Of a stretch of 64,000 nucleotides of DNA, positions 36,717 through 49,985 are shown piece by piece (positions within the stretch are counted from its first letter, which is position 1; every line of letters starts with the position of its first letter). The notes below the pieces were generated by a model. That model had not been told where the DNA came from, ran no database searches, and was given only the letters and a program-made list of their open reading frames with translations. Where the stretch lies: the NCBI RefSeq assembly GCF_006345805.1, contig NC_042998.1:49166001-49230000 (forward strand). The letters are read 5' to 3'. The position numbers were made by a program, and so were the translations under genes. The stretch is from Octopus sinensis. Taxonomy: Eukaryota.

Positions 36717-38425
36717 GCCATTTGTTTTATTCTTGTTTGTTTTGTTTTTTTGTTGTCGAAGCTTTTTCATTGCTATTTGTAATCTGTTCAATAACTTTTC
36801 TCTTAGTCCGTTACATGTCACCAGATACAAAAATGAAAAATGAAGTAGAAAATAATCACGATTCAAGTACTGAGATAAAAAAAGAAAAATTATTCATTAA
36901 GTGAGAAAAAAATCTCAATGGTTTTTTTTTCTTTTTTTCTTTTTTAATCTTCAAAAGCAGAAGTGACTCACTTATCCTTTATCTTTTACTTGCTTCAGTC
37001 ATTGGACTGCAGCCATGCTGAAGGGTTTAGTCAAAATAACCCCAGTACCTATTTATTAAATTTGATACTTGTTCTATTGGTCTCTTTTGCCAGGCCGCTA
37101 AATTATGGAGACATAAACAAACCAACACCAGTAGTCAAGCAGCAGTGTGGGACAAACACAAACACACAGATCATCATCATCATTTAACATCTATTTTCCA
37201 TGCTGGCCTAAGTTAGACAGTTAGACTTGGAGTTGTAAGCTGGAGAGCAGCACCAGGCTCCAGACTATTTTACTCTTTTACTTATTTCAGTCATTTGACT
37301 GTGGCCATGCTGGAGCACTGCATTTAATCAGGCAAATTGACCCCATGACTTATTCTTTTCAAGCGTAGTACTTATTCTATCGATCTCTTTTGCCGAACCA
37401 CTAAGTTATGGGGATGTAAACACACCAGCATCGGTTGTCAAGTGATGTTGGGGGGACAAACACAGACACACAAACATATACACACACATACACATATATA
37501 TATACATATATACAACAGGCTTCTTTCAGTTTCCGTCTACCAAATCCACTCACAAGGCTTTGGGCAACCCAAGGCTATAGTAGAAGACACTTGCCCAAGG
37601 TGCCACGCAGTGGGACTGAACCCGGGACCATTTGGTTCGTAAGCAGGCTACTTACCACACAGCCACACCTACACCTATAAAAACGTTTGTTTTGATTTGG
37701 TTTCTATGGCTGGATGTCCTTCCTAATGCCAACCGCTCTACAGAGTATACTAGCTGTCTTTTCGTGTCACTGGCACAGGTTTTATTACAAGTCACCAACA
37801 CAGTGCCCTTTTATGTGTCACTGGCATGGATGATTTTTACATGTCACAAGCACAGGTGCCTTTTATGTGTCATTGGCACTGGCCAACACACATATATACA
37901 CTTTAGGTTTCCACACAGTTTCTGCCTACCAAATTCACTCACAACGCACTGGTTAGCTTAGGGATATAGTAGAATAGTAGAAAACACTAGCCCAAGGTAG
38001 GATTGAACCTGAAACCACATGGTTGCAAAGCAAGCTCTTTAACCACACCTGCCTGTGCTTTTGGAATTTTTTTTTTTTTTTCAGAAAACACTGGAAAGTA
38101 GAAGGAATAGCCAAATAGCCCTTAACCAATTTTACTAATAACTAACAAATATACTTTAAAATGTCTAGACAAAATTATATTTAGAAACATTAAATCATTT
38201 CTGAAAGGGGAAAAAAAAAAACTATGTTAAGCAAACTATAAGGATACGGGGCATCCTGAATCATAAACCACAAGAGGATAGCTAGATCTTGGATGTCAAA
38301 TTTCTTTAGATTACGAAAACTCAATTAAATTTAAAACCACAGACGAAAAAAAAGTATTGAATAGTAAGTCTCCTAATTTTCAACATCTGTTTTATCATAC
38401 TATTATGGGTTGAATGAGAAATTAT

Positions 38426-38652
38426 TTAACCCTTTAGTGTTCAGATTATTCTATCAAACATAATGCTTATTGATTCCCATTGATTTGAATTAATCATGCA
38501 TTATCTCATATCTTCAAGATCTTGATGGTGTAATTACTTAATGTAGAATAACATTGTAGGGTAGGTGTGAGAGCCTGGATCTGGTCAGTTTGAACATAAA
38601 ACAGATTAACTATTTTGGCCGGATATGGCCAGTTTAAATACTAAAGGGTTAA
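38426..38652. mobile_element. piggyBac-like MITE family 1 (about 225 bp); other copies at 1817-2044, 7701-7927, about 21746-21966, 38823-39050, about 42463-42622, about 43066-43273
   Basis: TTAA|CCCTTTAG...CTAAAGGG|TTAA termini with a TTAA target site; shared body. Confidence 0.8.
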
Positions 38653-41221
38653 GCCAGTATTTTACAGCAGGAAGCCCATCCTAACCTGTATTTCAAGAAA
38701 AACATTTTTGATTCCATTAGTAAAAATTTTTATATCTTCTACTTGTTTCAGTTTGTATTTAGACCATGCTGGCGCACAACCTTGAAGAATTTTTAGCACT
38801 TTTTTTAAGAAAAAACTTGATATTAACCCTTTAGCATTTAAACCGGCCATATCCGGCCAAAAGTATTCTGCCTGTTTTATGTTCAAACTGGCCAGATTTG
38901 GTCTCTCACACCAACCCTACAATATCATTTTAAAAATTAACAGCTACCTCATCAAAATCTCATAGCTACAAGATAATGCATGATTAGTTCAAAACAATGT
39001 GAATAAAAAGCATTAATTTGGGTAGAATAATGTGAACACTAAAGGGTTAATTCTACTGATCGATCTCTTTTGCAAAATGCTAAGTTATAGGAATGTAAAC
39101 ACAGCAACACCACTTGTCAAGTGGTGGGGGTGGGGCAACACAAGTACAAAGACACACACATATGACGGGCTTCTTTCAGTTTCTGTTTGCTAAATCCTGT
39201 TTACTAAAGTTCTGTTTACTAAATCCACTCACAAAGCTTTGGTCAGCCAGAGACTATAGTAGAAGACACTTGTCCAAGGTGTCATGCAGTGGGACTGAAC
39301 TCAGAACAGTGTAGTTGGGAAGCAAACTTCTTACACAGCCATATAAATGGTCATAATGTAAACAGCATAACCAGCACATTTAAGAGTACCCTTCAATCAT
39401 TGGGCAATAAACTGCACTTGCAAAGACCTGTTGAGTCAAGTGAAGTCATTGTCATGGCCAGTGCTAGTACCACCTGATTGGCACCCATACCAGTGGCACG
39501 TAAAAAGCACCATTCGAACGTGGTCAATGCTAGTACCATCTAACTCTCAGAGTGGTTGGCGTTAGGAAGGGCATCCAGCTGTAGAAACTTTGCCAGATCA
39601 GATTGGAGTGTAGTGCAGCCTTCTAGCTTGCCAGCCCTCACTCAAACTGTCCAACTCATGCCAACATGGAAAGCGGATGTTAAACGACAATGATGATGAT
39701 GATATATACGTGTGTGTGTATGTGTGTGTGTATATATATTGTAAACAAACTTAGGAGTGCTGAGTGAGTCAGTCGGTATTCTACAGAAAATAAAGGAATT
39801 CTTGAATGCAGGATAGCTGTGAAGACAGCTTAGAACATTGGGTAAATACCCTCAGTAGACAGCAAAAAGTGGCTGGCGAGCCTCTACAGTGAATCGAACT
39901 CTGTACCTATGCAATGGGTTTCATTCAGTGTCCCTCTGCCAAATTTACTGACTAGGCTTTGGTCAGCCAGAGAATTGAGTAGAAGACACTTGCCCAGAGT
40001 GTCATACAGTTTCCATCAGCCAATTCCACTCACAAGGCAGTGCTTAACCTGGGACCTTTAAGAAGACGTTTGCTCCAAGGTGTCATGCACCAAGACTGAA
40101 CTCAAAACCATGTGGTTGTGAAACAAACTCCTTAACCATGCAACCATGTCTGTTACAAATTTAACAACTATTCTATGGACAAATCATCATCATCATCGTC
40201 ATTGTCATCTTATTGTCCACAAAACAACAACCACACAATGACAAGACTGTGATACACAAACACATTCACACAAGTGCAGGTATGGCTGTGTGGTAAGAAG
40301 CTTGCTTTCCAACCACATGGTTTAAGGTTCAGTCCCACTGCATGGCACCTTGGGTGTCTTTTACTATAACCTCAGGTCGACCAAAGCCCTGAGTGGATTT
40401 GGTAGATGGAAAATGAAAGAAGCCAGTCGTATATATATATATATATTTATATGTCTTCGTGTCTTTGTTTATCCTCCCCCATCATCATTTGACAACTGAT
40501 GTTGGTGTGTTTATGTCCCTGTAACTTAGCAGTTCAGCAAAAGATACCGAAAGCATAAGCACTAAGCTTGAAAAAAGTCTTGGGGTCAATTTCTGCAACT
40601 AAAAGCCTTTAAGGTGGTGCTCCAGCATGGCTGCAGTGAAATGACTGAAACATGTAAAAGAAAATATATATATATATACATTACATAAACAATGGGCTTC
40701 TTTCAGTTTCCACCTATTAAATTCGCTCACAAGACTTTGGTCAATCTGAGGCAATAGTAGAAGGCACTTGTCCAACATGCCATGCAGTTCAATTGAACCC
40801 AGAACCATATGGTTGACAACCACACAGCAATTCCCACGCCTATATATAAATAACATGTACATTTACTTAATACAATTACAAACTACAATCTCTGCAGTAA
40901 TCCTTATAATATAAGAAAATAATCACTGATAGTGAGACAACTTAAGAGAAGCTTTCAGATTTAAGAACGTCCTTTAGTCAGGAAAAATAATGAGAATCAA
41001 TATATTCTAAGAGCAAAAGTTATTTCTTAGCAACCATAAAAGATGTCAACTGAAATCAAAATGTCTATGCTTTATATTTTTATTGATTTTCTTTTTTTTC
41101 TTCTTTTTTTTCATTTTGTTATGTTGGAAGGGTTTATTCATTCACATCCATTATAAATGCTAAGCAAATTGAAATTGAGAATTCACTTAAAAGCTAATTA
41201 CGCCACTGGAATTTAATTTCT

Positions 41222-41455
41222 TATTTCTTTATTGCACACAAGGGGCTAAACATAGAGGGGACAAACAAGGACAGACAAACAGATTAAGTCGATTATATCG
41301 ACCCCAGTGCATAACTGGTACTTATTTAATCGACCCCGAAAGGATGAAAGGCAAAATCGACCTCGGCGGAATTTGAACTCAGAACGTAAAGACAGACAAA
41401 ATACCACTAAGTATTTCGCCCGGTGTGCTAACATTTCTACCAGCTCACCACCTTC
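41222..41455 (-). mobile_element. tRNA-derived SINE family B (GCCTTTCATCCTTTCGGGGTCG core, Deu/Nin-like by inference); other copies at about 7376-7585(+), 6500-6680(-), 11690-11885(-), 18888-19085(+), 22800-23010(-)
   Basis: AGCTGGCAGAA head, GAGTTCAAATTCC B box, conserved central block. Confidence 0.75.
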
Positions 41456-44400
41456 ACTGGAAATTAATTTCTGGCATAATCAAATGCTTGTATCCTTTAT
41501 ATTTTACTTGTTTGAGTCATTGAACTACACAATGCTGGGACACCACCTTGAAGAATTTTTAGTCAAATGTATCGACCCCTGTACTTATTTTTTAAAAGCC
41601 CGATACTTATTCTATTGGCTTCCTTTACTGAACAGCTAAGTTACAGGGACATAAAGACACCAACTCAAAGCAGTGGGGAGGAGGGACAAACATAGACACA
41701 AAAACACACACACACACACATACGACAGGCTTCTTTCAGTTTCCATCTACCAAACCCACTCCTAGGGCTTTGGTTGGTCCAAGGCTATAGTAGAAGATAC
41801 TTGCCCAAGGTGCCACGCAGTGGGACTGAATCCCGAACCATGTGGTTAGAAAGCAAACTTCTTACCACACAGCCATTCCATTCTTGTTTTTTGGTTTGGA
41901 AGATTCTTGGTGTTTTGAGGAAAATTTTGTTGTACCTAGGGAGGGTCATTATACCAATAATAAACACATGTACAGGTTCAGTTTCACTTCTTTAATATTA
42001 GGCAGTTGCTTGCTTAATCAGTTTCTTCCTTAATAACTCAGTCTGAAGCAGACCTGATGGTGAGTGGGAGAGGGCATCATTGATGAGGTAGCAACAAGGC
42101 TTTCACAAACAATTAAAAGGTTGCTTAACAGAGTTGTTAACTCTTTAGTATTCAGGTGAAAAAAATAATCGAGCAAGGTCCTTGCCAGTGCCGCTGGACT
42201 GGCTCCTGTGCAGGTGGCACATAAAAGTACCATTTGAGCGTGACCGCTGCCAGTACCGCCTCACTGGCCTTCATGCCAGTGGCACATAAAAGCACCCACT
42301 ACATTCTCGGAGTGGTTGGCATTGGGAAGGGCATTCAGCTATAGAAACTCTGCCAGATCAGATTGGAGTCTGGAGCAGCCATCTGGTTTGCCAGACCGCA
42401 GTCAAATCATCCAACCCATGCTAGCATGGAAAGCAGACGTTAAATGATGATGATGATTGATAATGATTCTGCCAAATGTAATACTTATTTAATTACATTG
42501 TTTTGAATTGTATATTTTTAGAATGACTAGGGTATGTGTGAGAGGTCAGAACTGGCTGGTTCAAACATAAAACAAATAGAATATTGGGTCAGACATGGCC
42601 AATTTAAATGCTAATGGGTTAAGCAAGCAATCACCTAGTCAGTTGGCTAAATAAAAAGCCAACTGAATAATAATAATAAAGAAGTGAAACTGAACTAGTG
42701 TGTGTTTATTATTGGTGTGATGACCGTCCCAAGATACACATTTTTATGTGATTCCAGCAACAGCAAATAAGAAAAGCAAGTAACATTTTTTGTTTTTTTA
42801 AGGGGCATATTAACATACTACAAGTTAAACTATCAACTGTGCAACTGTTGAAATTGCTTATGAACAGACCTATGAACGAAAGTATTCCTGTAGGAGGCTC
42901 CATACTATTTTCTGATTTTTCTTATATAAGGGCATCTAGTCATAAAAATTAAACTAAAACCAACATTGGAGTTAAATGTAGTCCTTTGATCTGTGGGATC
43001 CTGTCAAACCATCCAACCCATGCTAGCATAAGAATATGGATGCTAAATGGTGATGATGATGATGATTAAACCAGTCATATCCAGCCCAAATATTTTACTT
43101 GTTTTGTGCTCAAACTAGCCAGATCTGACCTCTTACACCTACCCTACAATGTCATTCTAAAAATAAAAAATCACACCACTGAAATTTCAAAGCTATAATT
43201 CACGATTAATTCAAAACATTGTAAATGATTAAGCATTACATTTGACAGAATAATCTCAATGCTAAAGGGTTAAAGTATCTAGGACCATATTATACATTAT
43301 CTTTTGTTTTTTAAAGCAGTAGAGTGAGATTTGTGGAGTGTTAGCTGTTATTTCTAGCAAATCAAATGGGTGCATAGAGCAGTGGTTCCCAATCTATTCT
43401 ATACTCTGTACCCATAGAAAATGTTTAATTAATTTTTGTATACTCCTCACTCCACACACACACAACATCACATCCGAAGATGAAAAAGTCAACTTTCTAA
43501 TAGCTATTTTTTTTCTAAATGAATCAAAGTTCTTGATGTGCTTTATAGAATTAAAATATTTTACTCAAGCAATTTCAATAATGCAGGCACTATCTCTCTT
43601 TGTCATGTCTCTAAAATGCCAACTTGAATACCCAGGGGATATGGGCACTCCAGGCTAGTAACCCCTGGCATACATACTCTCTTGTGTACTTGCCAACTTT
43701 GCAGTGTTACCATGTTCGCATCTCTTATTATAATATCTTATACATGATCTGAATTGTGACTTATACACAGGGCAAAGCTAAAACTATGAAAGGAAATAAA
43801 ATTCTGTACCAAAATTTAACACCAAACAAGGGGTACGACTTATATATACAAGTAAATATGGCATTTCATGGAAAAATATAGAGGGCCAATTAAATCAACA
43901 ATTCAGACTTTACACCTCCAGCTAAGGACTCTAAAGATAAAAATGATAGCCACTTAAACATTAACACCACTCTCCACTCTAGCACTTATAATTACTGCTC
44001 AGGGTACAAAGTAATCTTATCATGCTTGGCTGAAGAAGACATTTTTCAATTAACTCCACACTATTTTCAATTGCTTTTTTTACAACAATCATTTTTGTGT
44101 TCATGTAGGTTTGATAAGTCAGCAAATTTTGAACATTTGCACTTATTGGGCTAGGACGAATAATTTCATGGACTGGAGCATTTTCTTAATATACCAATGA
44201 ACAGTTAAGGAGTGGTTAATGACAAGTAGTAACTATTTTTCAAATTAGTTACAATGAGGTTAAATTGAATGAAATGTTCAGCAAAGATTCACAAATGAAA
44301 GCCCACAAAAAGCATATTGACTGATTAAACACTACTTCTTGCTTAAACAGGATTTTATAGGTACACATAAGTACAGTTACAGTATGATCTGATTTTACTT

Positions 44401-44921
44401 TTGTTATTTTGCCACAGATGTCAAGCCACTGTTACAACTCTTTTATAGAAAAGTATCTAGGACTAACTGCTCTATACATTCTTCACCCTCTTAAGAAGGG
44501 TGGGTGTGGTTTAAAGGATATTTTAATTCTAGCCAGTTGAATAAGCACATAAAAAAATTTACTATTATTCTGTCATTGTTACAGTATGAGGTGATTATGG
44601 TGTGATGTGAGTGATCATGTGACAGCTGGGTTTCCTTGGTATGGGGTGATGTCATTTGTGCTGAAATCATCCTGGACTACGCCAACATAAAATAGTAAGC
44701 TGAGAGCATATAGGCACAAAAGATTTTTTTGTCTTTTTTTCATTTTGATTCAGATCAGTTTAAAAAATAATGTGTGTGGGCATCCTAATATCCGTACAAA
44801 AGAAGTACGGATATTAGGATGCTTATACCGTCAGGGTGACCTGAAAAAGGAATCAATGAAAGGGAAAAGGCATTCAAAATTATATAAGTTAGAATGTGTG
44901 TGTATACATAAATAAATATAC

Positions 44922-44962
<41 letters not shown>

Positions 44963-45538
44963 TATAAATAATAATTTATACATATATATATATATATATA
45001 TATAGATCTGTGTATGTGTGTGTGTGCATGTATGAACCATGGGTAAGATTCTCAGTAGTAATTTCTGTGAGTAAATTTTCTTAAGGCCCTACGGTAATTG
45101 TTTACCATTTACTTAAGTTTACTTCGTTAGCATAGGTACCACCTTTTGATAATCATGTTAGCATTTTCCTTCTTGATAACTTTTTTTTTAAACATCCTCC
45201 CCCCACCTTTAAATTGCATCTACCCGTTAATAGAGTGTAGTATTCCCTAGACCATTACTAGCTCATTCTTTTACTTACGGACCTCAGAGCCCCGAGATGG
45301 TAAATTATATGCTTTTAACATATTAGGTTTTTAGACTTTTTATCTAGGCCAGTGATTCCAAACGAGGTCTCTGGGGCCCACCGGTGGTCCACAGAGAATT
45401 TCTAGTGGTCCTCAGAGAATTCATAGCCATAAAAAAATTGAAGCCATTTCAGATCTACACAATATTAGTTAATAATTTATATGAAGACAGAATAATAATA
45501 AGAAAACAAAATTCAATAATTATTCCAAAAGAATCAAT

Positions 45539-48500
45539 CATCATCATCATCATCGTTTAACGTCCGTTCTCCATGCTAGCATGGGTTGGACGGTTCGACC
45601 GGGGTTCTGGGAAGCCAGAAGGCTGCACCAGGCTCCAGTCTAATTTGGCAATGTTTCTACAGCTGGATGCCCTTCCTAACGCCAACCACTCCGTGAGTGT
45701 AGTGGGTGCTTTTTACGTGCCACCTGCACAGGTGCCAGGCGGGGCTGGCAACGGCCACGGTCAGATTGGTGTATTTTATGTGCCACCGGCACGGAAGCCA
45801 GTCGAGGCGGTGCTGGCATCGGCCACGAGTCGGATAGTGCTTTTTACGTACCACCAGACCAGGGATCCTGGCTGGTTCAATTCGATTTCGATTTCGCTTG
45901 CCCCAACATGTCTTCACAAGCAAAGGGGGTTGGCAAGGGTGCCTGTCGTACGGTCGCATTGGAGTATTTTACGTGCCACGGCCACGAGTCGGATAGTGCT
46001 TTTTACGTACCACCAGACCAGGGATCCTGGCTGGTTCAATTCGATTTCGATTTCGCTTGCCCCAACATGTCTTCACAAGCAAAGGGGGTTGGCATGGGTG
46101 CCTGTCGTACGGTCGCATTGGAGTATTTTACGTGCCACGGCCACAAGTCGGATGGATAGTGCTTTTTACGTACCACCAGACCAGGGATCCTGGCTGGTTC
46201 AATTCGATTTCGATTTCGCTTGCCCCAAATGTCTTCACAAGCAAAGGGGGTTGGCATGGGTGCCTGTCGTACGGTCGCATTGGAGTATTTTTTACGTGCC
46301 ACGGCCACGAGTCGGATAGTGCTTTTTACGTACCACCAGGCCAGGGATCCTGGCTGGTTCAATTCGGTTTCGATTTCGCTTGCCCCAACATGTCTTCGCA
46401 AGCATGGGGGGTTGGCATGGTGTCTGTCGTCGGATGAGGTTCTATATCGACTTCGCTTGCCTCAACCGGTCTTTGTGTCCAAGGGAGGAAAGGCATTCAT
46501 AAGTGGGCTGGGCTCACTTGTCCTGCCTGGTCTTCTCACGTACAGAATATTTCCAAAGGTCTCGGTCTTGGTCATTTCCTCAGTGAGGCCTAAAGTTCGA
46601 AGGTCGTGCTTCACCACCTCGTCCCAGGTTTTCCTGGGTCTACCTCTTCCACGGGTTCCCTCAACTGCTAGGGATTGGCACTTTCTCACACACCTATCTT
46701 CATCCATTCTCGCCACATGACCATACCAGCGCAATCGTCTCTCTTGCACACCACAACTGATGCTTCTTAGGTACAACATTTCTCTCAAGGTGCGAACGCT
46801 CTGTCGAGTATGTACACTGACATTACACATCCATCGGAGCATACTGGCTTCATTCCTCACGAGCTTACGCATGTCCTCAACAGTCACGGCCCATGTTTCG
46901 CTGCCATGTAGCATGACTGTTCGTACACACACATCATACAGTCTGCCTTTTACTCTGAGCGAGAGGCCTTTAGTCACCAGCAGAGGTAAGAGCTCCCTAA
47001 ACTTTGCCCAGGCTATTCTTATTCTAGCAGTTACACGTTCAGCGCACCCACCCCCACTACTGACTTGGTCACCTAGATAACGGAAGCTATCAACTACTTC
47101 TAGTTTTTCCCCCTGGAAAGTGACGGAAGTTGTTTTCTGCAGATTTTCGGAGGTTAATGCTCCCGAGCATCTGCCACATACAAAAACTATCTTCCCAGTT
47201 AGCCTACCTTTGACATTGCTGCACCTCTTATGTGTCCATAGCTTACACTGGGTACATCTTATAGAGTTTCTACCTACACCTTTTCTACAGATCGAGCAGG
47301 GCCATCTTCTGAAGATATTGTGGATTGTCTACCTTTCTACTTATTAGTACTTTGGTTTTAGCTAGGTTGACTCTAAGGCCCCTTGATTCTAAACCCTCCT
47401 TCCACACCTGGAACTTCTCCTCCAGTTCTGATAGTGACTCAGCAATAAGAGCAAGGTCGTCAGCGTAGAGGAGCTCCCAGGGACAGCCTGTCTTGAATTC
47501 CTCCGTAATTGCCTTGGAGTACTATGATAAATAGGAGGGGGCTGAGTACTGAACCCTGGTGGACCCCAACCTCTACTTTGAATTCTTCTGTGTACATGTT
47601 GCCAACCCTAACCTTACTTACGGCATCTCTGTACATGGCTTGCACAGTCCTCACCAGCCATTCATCTATCCCTAGTTTCCTCATTGACCACCAGATAAGG
47701 GATCGGGGGACCCTATCAAAAGCTTTCTCCATGTCAACGAAAGCCAGGTACAGGGGCTTATCTTTGGCTAGGTATTTCTCCTGCAGCTGCCTTACCAGGA
47801 ATATAGCATCAGTGGTACTTTTCCCTGGCACGAACCCAAACTGCATCTCATCTAAACTAACTCTCTCTCTAATTAGTTGGGCTATGACCCTCTCCGTAAC
47901 CTTCATTACTTGATCCAACAGCTTGATACCTCTGTAATTATTTGTATCTAGGGTATCACCTTTACCTTTGTAGCAGTTGACTATTATGCTGCTGCACCAG
48001 TCATTGGGTATGACTCCTTCGTGTATCACCTGGTTGACTATACGGGTGACTAGGTTATAGCCGACACTGCCAGATATTTTGAGCATCTCTGCAGTAATTC
48101 CTGATGGGCCTGGGGCTTTCCCTGTCTTCATGCTTCTAATTGCCTTAGCTACCACGGAACTATCAACTCGGATAGCTGGTCCCTCTGTAGGGTCAACATT
48201 CGGCAGACTCTCTTTATCCCATTCATTTTCCTCATTCAGTAACCTTTCATAGTGGCGTCTCCAAGCTTCTCTCTTTGCATCCTCATTTAGCGCAAGTGAA
48301 CCATCCTCCATGCGAACACATTTCTCTCCTACCACATCACGATTCTCTCTCACACACTGTCTTGCAACACGAAATACCTCAAGTCTTTCATCCTCACGGC
48401 GCAGGACATTGGCAAATTTTCTCTTATCTGCTTCCCCTCTGGCTAGATAGACCTGTCTCCTAGCTTCCCTTCTGGCAGTCTGATACCCTTCCCTGCTACC

Positions 48501-49783
48501 ACCGTTCTTCCAGGCCTTCCAAGCCTGTTTCTTTTGTCTAATAGCCCTGTCAACAATATTGTTCCACCACCATGTTATTTTGGGTCTTAAGGGGACTTTG
48601 CACCAGCCACAGATCTGGTCAGCGGCTTTCAGCAGGTTGTCCCTCAGAAACGTCCAGTTGTCTTCTACCCCATGTGTAGCTATACCCCCTTCCACTTCGT
48701 CAAAGGCTTCAAGTAACATATCTCTAAATCTCTGTCCATTCGCAGGGGCTTTAAGCTTCCAGACCCTTCTTCTCCATGTTGGTCGTCTTCTAGTCGCCCT
48801 CTTAGTCCTGATCCTAAAGTCACTAACTACCAGTCTATGTTGTGGGGTGCATTCTTCGCCTGGGAAGGTTTTGGCATTTTTAAGCAGCCATCTTTCCCTT
48901 TTTCTGGCAAGGATGTAGTCGATTTGGCTAGTATGCCGGCCCGATCGGTAGGTGACCAGGGGCTTGTTGGTTTCCTGAAGTTAGTGTTGCAGACCATAAG
49001 ACTATTCGCATCGCAGAACTCCAGCAGCCTGGTTCCCTCCTCGTTGCGGGAACCATAACCGTAGCCTCCATGTACGCCATGGAAGCCCCCAGCATGTCGT
49101 CCAACATGCCCATTGAAATCACCAGCCACAAAGAGAAGGTCCCTGTCGTTCGGCGATGAGGTGGTCTGCAGTAGGGTGTCATAGAAACTGTCTTTCTGTC
49201 CATCGGGTAGCCCTGGCTGAGGGGCATAGGCCGATATAATGGTTGCTAATCTATTATGAAGCACTATTCTAATCTTAAGTATTCTGTCACTTACTCTGAT
49301 TACCTCAATTACTCTATCTATCCATTTCTCAGCGATAAGTATACCCACGCCACCAACCCCGTCAGTGTTCCCTGCCCAGAAAATCTTGTACCTGTGTTCC
49401 TTGCCTGTGAGGACCCTAGCAGATCCTCCTCTCCACCTTATTTCTTGCATACAACATACATCAACACGTCTCCGTTCAAGCATCTCGACTATCTCGCCAG
49501 ACCTACCTTTCAATGTGCCAACGTTGAGGGTGCCCACCCTGAGAGTGTGGGAGGTGTGGGCCTCTGAGACCCTGGGATGAGGGGCCGCAGTGCTCTGTAC
49601 CTGAAAAGAAAGCTTGCATTTGCCAGATATCATACTGAGACTCTAGACTACAACCTGCATAAATTTCAAAGTTTTTGCGCTATATGATCACAATAAACCC
49701 TACATAGGGGTGCGGGGGGGGGGTCAAGAAAGATAGAAAACAGAAACTTCCGGTTCTGGTGGATGGGTGGGAGGGCGGGATAC
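45539..49783 (-). mobile_element. Near full-length RTE-clade LINE (APE endonuclease + RT + PHD finger), about 4 single-base frameshifts
   Basis: ATG at 49633. EN motifs GTLNV, MQEIRW, SAYAPQ, GDFNGHVG. RT motifs QFGF, AFDRVPR, GVHQGSVLSPLLF, WELLYADD (about 47450-47480). C-terminus RRLRWYGHV...GRGRPRKTW. Frameshifts near 48960, 47515, 47310 and 46575; inferred stop at 46514. (GAT)n tail; candidate TSD AATCAAT at 45532-45538 and 49784-49790. Confidence 0.92.
45821..46430. repeat. Tandem array of a 159-164-bp unit in the LINE 3' UTR
   Basis: Unit starts at 45821, 45980, 46139 and 46303. Confidence 0.9.
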
Positions 49784-49985
49784 AATCAATGTATAATATA
49801 TAATCAATAATATATTACAATCAAGAATTACATAATTTAAATTTTACAATCACAACAGTTTCTTAATAAATTTGATATTTTTAATAGATCACTACACAAT
49901 ATTGTTTAATAATAAATTCGATACTTTTAATGTATAAAAATAAAGTATTTATTACTTTTATTTTTTTTAAAGATCAGTTGTAATA

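Noticed and set aside
38155-38200. Strong minus-strand acceptor (T11CCCCTTTCAG) at 38201
   Set aside because: No donor in a compatible phase, and the AT-rich sequence has no ACC similarity.
42054-42076. Minus-strand segment reading PLTIR|(HTMS), resembling human ALHIRSSMS, with a GTCTGC donor
   Set aside because: In-frame TGA 8 codons upstream, no acceptor or ATG in between, and it lies inside an old inverted-repeat element.
44618-44699. LLFYVGVVQDDFSTNDI resembling vertebrate ACC1 RFIIGSVSEDNSEDEI
   Set aside because: The frame ends in TGA, the only possible donor (GTCACA) is very poor, and the phase does not fit exon c1; likely chance similarity.
45821-46430. Regular repeat arrays here and at 29520-29900 that superficially resemble CRISPR arrays
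   Set aside because: Units are tandem copies without unique spacers, they sit within LINE 3' UTRs, and the DNA is eukaryotic with no cas genes.
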